Positions 53,134 through 62,137 of a stretch of 64,000 nt of DNA are shown piece after piece. The position numbers and the translations under genes are program-made. How positions within the stretch are numbered: the stretch's first letter is position 1; each line of letters opens with the position of its first letter. The notes under the pieces are model-generated. The model was not told where the DNA came from. It worked only from the letters and a program-made list of their open reading frames with translations, and did no database searches. The stretch spans positions 42,322 to 106,321 of the forward strand of contig JBDRHZ010000043.1 in assembly GCA_043816305.1 (NCBI GenBank). Reading direction: 5' to 3'. This DNA comes from Patescibacteria group bacterium. GTDB lineage: Bacteria > Patescibacteriota > Dojkabacteria > JAHIVN01.

Positions 53134-53958
53134 ATGGAAAGTCTCTCATTTATAAGAAAGGAAAGAGAAATTCCCTTTTTTAGGGTAGATGGAAGTGGGA
53201 AAATTGAACTAGCATTACCTGAAGACTGTTTAGACATGGCCCCTATATCAGTATCCTTGAAGTTTGTGAAACCTATTAAAACTAGTAAAGATCAACTCCA
53301 GGATTGGGGTTTCATTGGGAAGAAACTTGCTGGTTTCGTGGCAGGACTTTCAGAACGATTCAATGAAGTAACTGATACTTTTGGATTAAGGACTGCAGTA
53401 ATTGATATCCTTAGGAGATTAGGTGTAGAAACAGCCGAGTATAGGGAGAAAAGACTTCCTTGTATAGTCCAGAATGTTACTAATCTGGCCGGCTTACGGG
53501 AAATTACGAAAAGGTATAGGGGAACGATTGATGCTATTGGTAACATGGTAACTTACGAGGCTAGGGTGTTGGTAGATTTCACTACTGGAGCTATAATTGT
53601 TCCAAGAGATCAAGTATATCCTACACAAAAGGCTTCAAGAAATCAAGGAGTTATTGCTTTAAGAATTGCTCTTGGTCAACATTTTGGTTATGCGGGAGAA
53701 TTTACTAAGGGCGAAGTGCATACAGTAATGACTTATCGTATTGAGGATGATTCTAGGGAGTGGCAGTCTGAAATGGTTCGAAGAGTTTTTGATATGTCTA
53801 TTGCATTGTTTAATTTGGGTATAGAAGCGAGAGATTTAGGAAGGAATCAGGTAGCAAGTAGAAGAGTATCTTCTCGACCAAGGTCTTATGTTGTAGATTG
53901 GAATGTTCCAGGCAATACTCCTCACCCTTATACTCCAGGTCCATTTGCCAGAAAATAA
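53134..53958 (+). CDS. hypothetical 274-aa protein (atypical-composition ORFan) with basic Pro-rich tail
   Basis: Clean ORF with an ATG start. C-terminus RRVSSRPRSYVVDWNVPGNTPHPYTPGPFARK. No motif recognised. Confidence 0.55.
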   Translation: MESLSFIRKEREIPFFRVDGSGKIELALPEDCLDMAPISVSLKFVKPIKTSKDQLQDWGFIGKKLAGFVAGLSERFNEVTDTFGLRTAVIDILRRLGVETAEYREKRLPCIVQNVTNLAGLREITKRYRGTIDAIGNMVTYEARVLVDFTTGAIIVPRDQVYPTQKASRNQGVIALRIALGQHFGYAGEFTKGEVHTVMTYRIEDDSREWQSEMVRRVFDMSIALFNLGIEARDLGRNQVASRRVSSRPRSYVVDWNVPGNTPHPYTPGPFARK

Positions 53959-53982
53959 TATAAAATTCTCTAAATGGTATCG

Positions 53983-54330
53983 TTAGCCTAGTTGCCACTG
54001 AAAGATTCTCAGCTTAATCACATACTTTTCTGATACTTTTACACCTTCTTTTTCCAGCAGCTCCTTCTGTAAATCCTTAGTTACTTCAGGATTTCGTATG
54101 CTTATGTAGCCATTTGAGTTTATCACTCGCCACCAGGGGATATGTACTCCTTCGGGTGTGTTTCTGAGCGCCCAGCCGACCTGACGAGCAGCTCTTGGCG
54201 AGCCGATGAGTGCCGATATGAAGCCGTAAGTAGTTACTTTGCCTTTTGGGATTCGGGAGACTGCCTTGTAAACGCGTGAGTTGAAGGACACGAATGCAAA
54301 CGAATGAACGAATTTAATTAATGCAAACAA
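53983..54330 (-). CDS. MGMT-family DNA-binding protein, alkyltransferase-like (ATL) type lacking the acceptor Cys
   Basis: IPKGKVTTYGFISALIGSPRAARQVGWAL, then IPWWRV where MGMT has PCHRV. Confidence 0.7.
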   Translation of the reverse strand: MFALIKFVHSFAFVSFNSRVYKAVSRIPKGKVTTYGFISALIGSPRAARQVGWALRNTPEGVHIPWWRVINSNGYISIRNPEVTKDLQKELLEKEGVKVSEKYVIKLRIFQWQLG

Positions 54331-54956
54331 AGTTTCTGCACTATCTCAGCATGAACGTCTTGGATAGACTGTTCGCCGTTGATTTTTATCACAATCCTTT
54401 GTTTCTCATAAAATTCAAGCATTGGATTCATTTCTTTTAGGTCAGTGTTGATCCTTTTTAGAGCAGCTTCTTTCGTTTCATCTTCTCTTTGAAAGAGTTT
54501 TGATCCGCATTCATCGCAGATTCCGGGTTTTTGGGGTTTCGGGGTGGTAAGGATATTGTAGCTGATATTGCAGTGCTCATTTGAACATGTCCATCTGCCT
54601 GCTATTCTGTGGAGTGCATTTTTCTTGCTTATGTCGATGAATATTACTTTGTCAAATTTGTAGCTCTTGTCAAATGCCTTTGCTTGAACCAGTGTTCTCG
54701 GAAATCCATCAAACACAACACCTTTTTGACAATCATCTTCTGCAAGTCTTTGTGAAACTATTTTCAAGATAAGTTTGTCAGGTATATAATTCCCTTTGTC
54801 GATATAAGAGCGCACTTCCTTTCCAAGTGGAGATGTTTTATCAATCTCTCTTAGAAGATCCCCACTCGAAATATGAGGTACGTTCAATTCTTCGGCAATT
54901 TGTCTAGCTTGGGTTCCCTTTCCTGAAGCTTTGATACCAACTATAAGGATATGCAT
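54318..54956 (-). CDS. adk: adenylate kinase (zinc-lid type)
   Basis: GIKASGKGTQA P-loop, VVFDGFPRT, and lid Cys residues CSNEHC...CDEC. Confidence 0.9.
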   Translation of the reverse strand: MHILIVGIKASGKGTQARQIAEELNVPHISSGDLLREIDKTSPLGKEVRSYIDKGNYIPDKLILKIVSQRLAEDDCQKGVVFDGFPRTLVQAKAFDKSYKFDKVIFIDISKKNALHRIAGRWTCSNEHCNISYNILTTPKPQKPGICDECGSKLFQREDETKEAALKRINTDLKEMNPMLEFYEKQRIVIKINGEQSIQDVHAEIVQKLCLH

Positions 54957-55085
54957 GTATGTTTCTAAAAAATCTAATTTGCTCTGAATATAACAGATTT
55001 AAGAGAAGGGATCAATCGGAGTGGCTTCCGGGTTAAGTATTATTTTTGTCGCTTATCCGCTCATTAGCTCATAAGCTCAAAGGCT

Positions 55086-55796
55086 CTAAAGCACATTTAT
55101 GCCCCAGATTGACAAGAACCAGAAGACGGCTGTTAGAGCTAAGATCAGGATTGAAGCAACTCCAAGTATCTTTGGAAGAATTTTTTTGATAGGAGAGGGG
55201 TCGAAAGAAAGCGCTGGATCGAATACAAAGCCCAGCAATATACCTCCAACGAGCCCTCCTATGTGTGCCCAGTTATCTATACCTGGTGCGATAAAGCCAA
55301 ATACCAGGTTATATGCAACAAAAGGAAGCAGCTGTCTTTCGTCAATTGGGAGATCAAAAACGTACGTTTTCTTTGCCCAGGCGTTTCCAAGAATTAAGCC
55401 GACTAGTCCGAATAAGGCACCTGAAGCTCCTGCAGATACTGAAAATGGGCTGCTCAGTACCAGGCTCAACAGTCCTGCTGTGATGGCAGTGATAACATAG
55501 GTAGCAATGAGTTTGGTCCTTCCGAAGAAATCTTCGACGAAGTTGCCAAGCTGGTACAGTGTGTAGGAATTTATCAGCAGATGGAAAATTCCTATATGCA
55601 GAAACGCGCTGCTGACGATTCTCCATACTTCACCTCCAAGAACAAGATATCTATTTAAAGCACCGTATTCAACTAAAACAGCTGTATTAGTTGAACCGCC
55701 AGAAATTTCCATTGCAGCCCAGATCAGGACGTTCGTTCCCAATATAATGTACGTAATTTTTGTCTCGATTTTCAGTTTTGCCAGTATATCCTGCAT
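55086..55796 (-). CDS. rhomboid-family intramembrane serine protease
   Basis: Six TM helices, GASGALFG (GxSG) and a downstream AHIGG. Confidence 0.85.
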   Translation of the reverse strand: MQDILAKLKIETKITYIILGTNVLIWAAMEISGGSTNTAVLVEYGALNRYLVLGGEVWRIVSSAFLHIGIFHLLINSYTLYQLGNFVEDFFGRTKLIATYVITAITAGLLSLVLSSPFSVSAGASGALFGLVGLILGNAWAKKTYVFDLPIDERQLLPFVAYNLVFGFIAPGIDNWAHIGGLVGGILLGFVFDPALSFDPSPIKKILPKILGVASILILALTAVFWFLSIWGINVL

Positions 55797-55917
55797 GCGT
55801 ATGAAATGTGATAATTCAATTGACTTGGAATTTTAACAATTTTTGGAGGAAAATGGTAATGCAAAAGTTATTTGCTGCGCATTATGTGGTCATTGTGTAA
55901 ATGGTGGTTGTAAGTTC

Positions 55918-56454
55918 CTAATTTGCATCAACGATCGTGGTTTCTGTCTTTTCAACCGTTCCGTCGGGATGAGTGATTTCGACCCACATCTCATATCTTC
56001 CTGCGGCGTACTTTGACCAGTAAGTTTTGTATTCTCCGTCTTCTGTACCTTTCTCACCAAGGCCTATTTCAAACGTTTCCCCGCTTGAGTTCTTTACATA
56101 GAATGCCACTTTTGTGTCCTTTGAGTAGAAGCTTTCCAGCGACAATCCTACAACCTCATCCGGCAGAGTGATAGTAGAGTACTGCTCCGGATATATCAGA
56201 ACGAAGTCTTCTGTGATAGTTTTTTCATCACCAGTTTGGGGCAGCTCGAAAGAACTATTAGGGATAAATGCGACCGAGGAAAGGTATAGCAGAGAGCCAA
56301 GAAGCATGCCTGTACTTATGACAACAATAGGCATCGTTTTGCTTAAGCTGTTTATGATATCAAGCTTCTTTTCGATTCGTGCGATTCTTTCCAGAAGTCC
56401 GCCGATAGATTTCTCCTTTTTGGTACTTTTTGTTTTTTTCATCTTTTTGGGCAT
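55918..56454 (-). CDS. membrane-anchored protein, unknown function
   Basis: Basic N-terminus, one TM helix (MPIVVISTGMLLGSLLYLSSVAF), then a beta-rich ectodomain. Confidence 0.5.
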   Translation of the reverse strand: MPKKMKKTKSTKKEKSIGGLLERIARIEKKLDIINSLSKTMPIVVISTGMLLGSLLYLSSVAFIPNSSFELPQTGDEKTITEDFVLIYPEQYSTITLPDEVVGLSLESFYSKDTKVAFYVKNSSGETFEIGLGEKGTEDGEYKTYWSKYAAGRYEMWVEITHPDGTVEKTETTIVDAN

Positions 56455-56520
56455 AAGCCGAAAAATTAGGGTTAATATCCTAAGTATAAGATACTAAATT
56501 CGAAGGGTGGTGTAAAGCGG

Positions 56521-56532
56521 GGGCCGATGAGC
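56521..56532. repeat. GGGCCGATGAGC: copy of the GGGYYGATGAGC motif
   Basis: Read directly. Confidence 0.7.
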
Positions 56533-56612
56533 ATTGGAGCTTTTGGACCTTAAGGCTTGATGGCTTTGAAGCTAGTCACCAAGTAGATATTTTAATATCA
56601 AAAATGTAGCTG

Positions 56613-59600
56613 CTACTTCACCGGTATTCCATCAGGCCAGCAGTGATTCTTGTAGTCACAGTTTTCGCAGTGTCTATACTCCTTGGTCCTGTCAAATTTC
56701 AAATCTCTAATTTGGTCCATTGTTTTACATATTAAGGTTTTGAGATCCTCTATATCTTCGCTTTCATATTCAAATTCTTCTTTTTTTGCCTTTTTACCCG
56801 GTTTTGATTCCAAGAAGTCGAATTCTCCTTTTACCACATCATAGTTGAAATTCCGATCCAGCTGGGAAAGTAGTTTATAAAAGTTCAGCTGTCTGATCAG
56901 GTCTCTATCAGAATATTTTGTCTTGCCTTCGATCTCACCACGCGATTTTGGAGTTCCAGTTTTGTAATCTGTTACTTTTATTGTCTTTCTATCTCTATCT
57001 ACCCAGTCCATACGGTCAATCTTGCCTGATAGGGGAATGTCTCCCAGATACACTTTTTTGAAGCCGAAGGAATACTCTATGAAAAGAGGTTCCCGGAAGG
57101 TTTCCTTGTTATTCTCAAAGTATCTCTCTAGAACTTCCTTTCCCCGGTTTAGTGTCGGTTGAAATTCCTGATCAGTTAAAATTTCATTTCTTAGTGCATT
57201 TTCATATTCTAAAAGCAGAGAATCCGGTTTAGGTATTTTATGAGTCTTTTTGAATGTTTTAAAGAATATTTCAAGTGCTTTATGGATTGCAGTTCCAAAA
57301 GCTAAATGTACTGCTTTTGCCCTTGGTGTGCGAAGTACATTGTTGATCTTGAATTTGTAATGGCATTTCAGATATGTGTTTAATGCTGTGACGCTGAGTT
57401 TCATATTGCTGATGACTGATTTGAGAAAGTTTTCTTCTTCCAGGTAAATATCCTCAATTTTTTTTGTTACCGGAAGCTGTAGTTGTGCAATATCGTTCTG
57501 TGAAACGGCTTTTTCAAATTGTTCTATATTTACTTTTTCGATAAGTTTCCTTTCTATCTCGCTTATGAACATCGAAGGGACTGTTTGTCTGGTATAGCCG
57601 CCGCCTGGATAATTTTCGGCGTAGGTTAGAAAAATCTCTTTCTTTGCGCGGGTAAGGGCAACGTAGAACAACCTTCTCTCATCTTCGTTTTTCTCTTTTT
57701 TATCAACCTGTGTGTTTTTGACGATTCCTTCAGGAAGCTTGATTGCCTCCCGATTTGGATTATTTCCCCATTTTTTGTCTATGCACTTTGCAATGAATAC
57801 ATATTCAAATTCAAGTCCCTTGGATTTGTGAGCAGTCAGCAGTTTCACAGCCTCAGCATCTCCCGCCAGAGGCTGCTCTTCGATCTTGATGCCGTTCTCC
57901 CTCATAAGCCCGATATTCTCCAGGAACTTTTCAAGGTTCAGTGTATGGTCTGCCCGGTTCAAGCTTTTTATTTCGTTGAAAAATGTGTTGAGGGTTCTGA
58001 TGCGGGTTGTGTTCAGTTTATCTGAAAGAATCCAGTTCAGGAAGTTGCTTTCCTGGATAACTGTTTCAAAAAATTTAATAAACGTTGCATTTGCATTCAG
58101 ACTCTGCCATTCATTCAGCTTTTGCACAAATCTGATAAATTTATCTGCTTCCGCTAGATCAGTCTCGTTGAAAACATCTTCATCTATGATTGTATCTAGA
58201 AGATTTAGCTTTTTTTCAGACGAGAACCTGGCTAGTTTCAAGATGTCCAGTTTATCAAATTCGAGGAAGTCGAAGTTCAGAAGAGTGAAGATGTCGATGT
58301 CATTGCTTGGTTTTGTTTTTAGCTCATTGATTACTTTCAGAAGAATCAGAAGCCTGTTGATATCTCCGTCTTCAAGAATATTTCTCCCAGTAGCTATTTC
58401 GAATCTTATCCCGACTCTAGACAAAGCATCCTTTATATCGTCCACGTCTCGGTTATTTCTGACAAGTACTGCTATTTGATCAGGATCGACCTTGTTCTTT
58501 ATCAATTCTTGTATCCTTTGGGCGAGAAAATCATTTTCAAGCGAAGCATTCGAAAACTTAGCAGTCTTCAAGGCTATATTCTTATGGTTGATTTCACTTC
58601 GAAGATTCTTATTTACATCTTTGAGTTTCAAGAGATTCTTTTTGATAAGGCTTCTTGAAGCATCCAGGATGTGCTGGCTTGAACGGTAGTTTGATGTTAA
58701 TGTAATGATTTCCGTCTTATCGAAGAGATTTTTGAAGTAGAGAACATTTTCAAGAGAAGCCCCCTGAAAGCGGTAAATGGACTGCTCATCATCTCCAACA
58801 ACAAATATGTTTGGATTTTCCCAGTGATCAGTAAGCAGTTTCACGATCTGGTTTTGGGCAGAATTGGTGTCTTGATATTCATCAACGAGAATGAAGAGGT
58901 ATCTTTCCTGCAGTGTGAGCTTGAGATTCTTGTCTTTTTTGAGTGTTGCTACGACGAAATTTATCATGTCCTCAAAGTCGTATCTTTGTATCTCTTTGAG
59001 TTTCCTCTGGTAGCTTCTGTAAATCAGCAGTAATTCCTGCTGTTTTTGGTAATCACGCTTCATCTTTTCGTATTTTGCATAAGGCTTTCCTGTCCTGGGG
59101 TTTATTTGCTTTTTCTCAGTTTTTAGCTGTTTTGACTCGTTATCCAGGAGTGAAGAGTAACCACTAGGATTAATTCCCTCACGTTTGAGGTTCTGTATGT
59201 TTTGGATGATGTCCTGTAAATAATAATAAGGAGTATTGGCTGGTTTTAGGGCATCTAGGTCGGTTGAATCAATCAATTCCTTAAATACCTGAATTCTCTC
59301 AAGCTCTGAAAGTGGAGTGGTATCCTCTGAAATCTGAAAGAATTCTCCATATTCTTTTATGACTTCAGTGCAGAATGAGTGAAAAGTGTTGATATTTACA
59401 TAGTAAGCTGTCGGACCGATGATCTCAACCAGTCTTTCTCTCATAGCCTTCACGCCGCTTTCAGTGAAAGTAAGGGCAAGAACTGATCTGGGGTCGGTGT
59501 CTGTTTTTTGCAGTATGTTAGCGATACGCATCGTGAGGGTCATCGTTTTTCCCGTGCCGGGACCGGCGATGATCATGACAGGGCCATCCAGCGTATCAAC

Positions 59601-59654
59601 TGCTTGTTTTTGCTCTTTGTTCAGCTTTTTGTAGAGAGTAGAGAAGTATGGCAT
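56613..59654 (-). CDS. UvrD-family helicase fused to a C-terminal PD-(D/E)XK / Cas4-like nuclease (AddA/AddB-like)
   Basis: AGPGTGKTMT, VDEYQDTN, VVGDDEQSIYRFQGA, SNYRSS, TAHKSKGLEF, VALTRAKKE. The C-terminus has CHYKF...DRMD...TDYKTG...CENCDYKNHC, a four-Cys cluster plus nuclease core. Confidence 0.85.
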   Translation of the reverse strand: MPYFSTLYKKLNKEQKQAVDTLDGPVMIIAGPGTGKTMTLTMRIANILQKTDTDPRSVLALTFTESGVKAMRERLVEIIGPTAYYVNINTFHSFCTEVIKEYGEFFQISEDTTPLSELERIQVFKELIDSTDLDALKPANTPYYYLQDIIQNIQNLKREGINPSGYSSLLDNESKQLKTEKKQINPRTGKPYAKYEKMKRDYQKQQELLLIYRSYQRKLKEIQRYDFEDMINFVVATLKKDKNLKLTLQERYLFILVDEYQDTNSAQNQIVKLLTDHWENPNIFVVGDDEQSIYRFQGASLENVLYFKNLFDKTEIITLTSNYRSSQHILDASRSLIKKNLLKLKDVNKNLRSEINHKNIALKTAKFSNASLENDFLAQRIQELIKNKVDPDQIAVLVRNNRDVDDIKDALSRVGIRFEIATGRNILEDGDINRLLILLKVINELKTKPSNDIDIFTLLNFDFLEFDKLDILKLARFSSEKKLNLLDTIIDEDVFNETDLAEADKFIRFVQKLNEWQSLNANATFIKFFETVIQESNFLNWILSDKLNTTRIRTLNTFFNEIKSLNRADHTLNLEKFLENIGLMRENGIKIEEQPLAGDAEAVKLLTAHKSKGLEFEYVFIAKCIDKKWGNNPNREAIKLPEGIVKNTQVDKKEKNEDERRLFYVALTRAKKEIFLTYAENYPGGGYTRQTVPSMFISEIERKLIEKVNIEQFEKAVSQNDIAQLQLPVTKKIEDIYLEEENFLKSVISNMKLSVTALNTYLKCHYKFKINNVLRTPRAKAVHLAFGTAIHKALEIFFKTFKKTHKIPKPDSLLLEYENALRNEILTDQEFQPTLNRGKEVLERYFENNKETFREPLFIEYSFGFKKVYLGDIPLSGKIDRMDWVDRDRKTIKVTDYKTGTPKSRGEIEGKTKYSDRDLIRQLNFYKLLSQLDRNFNYDVVKGEFDFLESKPGKKAKKEEFEYESEDIEDLKTLICKTMDQIRDLKFDRTKEYRHCENCDYKNHCWPDGIPVK

Positions 59655-59659
59655 GGATT

Positions 59660-59668
59660 TGGTATAAT
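59660..59668 (+). promoter_or_regulatory. extended -10 element TGGTATAAT upstream of ORF 59731
   Basis: TGn-TATAAT lies 63 nt upstream of the ATG. The identical 9-mer recurs at 63918-63926. Confidence 0.4.
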
Positions 59669-59730
59669 TGTTACTGAAAATATTGTATCATATTCGTGAT
59701 TTAATATTTAATATAGTCATAACGGTGGAA

Positions 59731-61110
59731 ATGCCAGAGGTAGCAAGAGGACTAAGGCTAAAGGATAGGCTCAAGGGGCTTTTTCATGCCCTTAGATATG
59801 AGATGCAGAGAGTTCCTGAACCAATCGCTACTGAAGTTGGCCTTGAAGAATTCAAAGAAAGGTTGCAGACAAAGGATCTAAAAACCTGGTTGGCTGTTAT
59901 GATAGGAGAGGAAGTGAGCAGAAGGGCTATACAACTAAGAGAAGAATACGAATTTTTGGAGGATGATTATTTCCAATTTCAGTATTTTTTACTCAGAAAT
60001 GCACTTCTAGACAACGAAATGTGTGATGCAGCAAGGCTATTGGGAACTTACTACAGAAGTGGGGAAGATGACCCCCCAGAAATAGCTAGGGTTTCAGCAA
60101 GTTTTATAGAGGGACAACTTGATTTTTTTGTTGGAAATAAGAAATTAGCACAGAGCATTATAGGAGAAATCAAAAGTACACCATCCCAGTTATTCTTTCA
60201 TGGAACTGTATGGCATAGATGGGAAAAGATTAGAGTGGCTGGTTTTCGAACAGAAGAAGGGCTTGCAACAATAACAGCAAATGCCGCCTATGCTCTTCTT
60301 CAGTACGCTTCTCCAACAAGTGAGTCGAGTCTTGCAGATTATGTTGATCTTTTGCCGGATCTAATAGCTAGGGGTGTTATAGCTGACAGAGGAAATTTAG
60401 CTGACAACTTTCTTGCAATGGTAGAGTTGATGTCTGGATCGGATATGATGGCTTTACATGGGGTTTTACTTGTGGTAGACAATAGATTCCCGGGGTTACA
60501 GATAAATCGTGGTATAGAAGGGGGAGATTCTGGGACTATTAGTTATGCATTTTATAGAGGTTCTGCCGATAAAGAGGGGGTGCGGGGGACATTTCGTGGG
60601 CAGAGATACAGGATGACTATTAGTCCAGATATTTTTGCAGCGGTAATTAGGAATACTGTTGGTTTTCAAACCCTTTTAGAAGATATTAGTATGGCTTTTG
60701 ACTCACATGATGCAGAACTTCTCGCAAAGGCTCAGCAAAGGATGGTAGAATATTTTCTTAATTCAAATGAGTTTGATGTGGAGTTTCCTAGAGAGGAAAT
60801 GGATCAAAAGGCAAAAGCCATCTTTGCAAGAAATGTTTTTTTGTCGATCTGTGGTGGGCATTATCAATATGAGGCTGCAAAATTGCTGACACTAGCAGAA
60901 TTTCTAAGAGGGCAGATCTTGGCAGGTACACATACTTATGCAATGATCAAAGATAGAGCATTAAGAATTAAGGATACTGTTGACTCCTGGCTCTATAGTG
61001 ATGTACATTTGCGTCCAGAGTTAAAGACCTATGTTGAAACTGTTGCAAGAATGGTTTACCAAGTTGTTGAGCCATTGGCTGCCTATCCTCAACGCGTTTC
61101 GACTACTTGA
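59731..61110 (+). CDS. hypothetical 459-aa protein (atypical-composition ORFan)
   Basis: Start set at ATG 59731 (MPEVARGLRL), preceded by GGTGGAA. There is only a weak, unproven resemblance of LFFHGTVWHRWEKIRVAGF (aa 154-172) to the HGT-x-GL segment of Tpt1/PARP-like ADP-ribosyl-transferase folds. Confidence 0.6.
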   Translation: MPEVARGLRLKDRLKGLFHALRYEMQRVPEPIATEVGLEEFKERLQTKDLKTWLAVMIGEEVSRRAIQLREEYEFLEDDYFQFQYFLLRNALLDNEMCDAARLLGTYYRSGEDDPPEIARVSASFIEGQLDFFVGNKKLAQSIIGEIKSTPSQLFFHGTVWHRWEKIRVAGFRTEEGLATITANAAYALLQYASPTSESSLADYVDLLPDLIARGVIADRGNLADNFLAMVELMSGSDMMALHGVLLVVDNRFPGLQINRGIEGGDSGTISYAFYRGSADKEGVRGTFRGQRYRMTISPDIFAAVIRNTVGFQTLLEDISMAFDSHDAELLAKAQQRMVEYFLNSNEFDVEFPREEMDQKAKAIFARNVFLSICGGHYQYEAAKLLTLAEFLRGQILAGTHTYAMIKDRALRIKDTVDSWLYSDVHLRPELKTYVETVARMVYQVVEPLAAYPQRVSTT

Positions 61111-61165
61111 TTAGCATTAAGCCGATGTCCAATGTATATATACTTGGGCCAACATTAGTATAAAT

Positions 61166-62131
61166 ATGTCAGAAGTACCATTTGATCCACAAGATAGAAG
61201 GAGAAAGCGAGATACAGTTCCGCTACCACGCGCAGATATACACCCTGTGGCTGTTGAGCATGGGGCTTCCTTATCAGAAGCAAGAGCTTTTAAGGCTCAA
61301 GAGCCACCTGTTCGAGCTGTATTAGGTGATCGTCCAGTATCTGAAGGCGCACCAGTTGATAATGGAGTACCGTCACCTGTCAGGCTTCCCGAATATATGC
61401 GGGTAAATACTTTTTTTGTTAGAGATCCAAGTGGAGGAGTCCTTGAAGTTTCAGATCCACGAGAATTTACTCAGGAGATGCGGCAGGCTTTGAATTCAAC
61501 CAAATTCACGTTTCACTGCAATAGAGACTATTCTGTCAACCATATTGAGTCTGACAAGGCTAGATTCTTTGCTCTGTTTGTTGCAGGTGGAGCAAGGAAG
61601 GACGTGATACTTTTTGTCGACAGATTGCAGAAAATGGGATGGGTTATGTATCGAGGTGCTTCAGATAGCCCTTTTGTGATAGATCGAGATATGAAGGTCA
61701 GGGTAGACTATAGATATGAAACGGCGGATCCCCTTCTGGATCAGGAACTTGTTGGTGCCCACAGATACTTGCCTGAATTTAGGGGGTCGGATATAGGCAT
61801 TTTACCTACTGATCTAACTGAAGATAATTATTTTGCAAGAATTGCCGATGGGCTTTTCTCGTTCCCATATAGGTTAATTGGCTGGGCTGTTTATTCATTT
61901 AAAGCTGGATCCTTGGATTTCCTCGATCCTGCTGAGGCGCATGCAGGCAATATGGGATTTTGTATATGGGATAAACGACCTTACAAAGACTTTATTTCTT
62001 CTTTTCCTATCATAAGATTTAAGTGGTATAGAGTAGGGAATGGTTTACAGAAAGTGCTGCCTTTTAAGAGAATTCTTCTCCCAGGAATTTGTTGGGTTAC
62101 GTTTGAGGATATAGAGAAAAGTGCGAGATAG
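61166..62131 (+). CDS. hypothetical 321-aa protein (atypical-composition ORFan) with Pro/Arg-rich N-terminal region
   Basis: Clean ORF. The first ~75 aa are Pro/Arg/Val-rich and probably disordered. No motif recognised. Confidence 0.6.
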   Translation: MSEVPFDPQDRRRKRDTVPLPRADIHPVAVEHGASLSEARAFKAQEPPVRAVLGDRPVSEGAPVDNGVPSPVRLPEYMRVNTFFVRDPSGGVLEVSDPREFTQEMRQALNSTKFTFHCNRDYSVNHIESDKARFFALFVAGGARKDVILFVDRLQKMGWVMYRGASDSPFVIDRDMKVRVDYRYETADPLLDQELVGAHRYLPEFRGSDIGILPTDLTEDNYFARIADGLFSFPYRLIGWAVYSFKAGSLDFLDPAEAHAGNMGFCIWDKRPYKDFISSFPIIRFKWYRVGNGLQKVLPFKRILLPGICWVTFEDIEKSAR

Positions 62132-62137
62132 GGTATT

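Noticed and set aside
57886-58479. 197-aa plus-strand ORF (and neighbours 57828..58025, 58476..58689, 58824..59033, 59419..59699).
   Set aside because: It is entirely antisense to the helicase-nuclease gene, which carries the full SF1 motif set. The translations are low-complexity and Ser/Phe/Leu-rich, typical of the antisense frame of an AT-rich gene.
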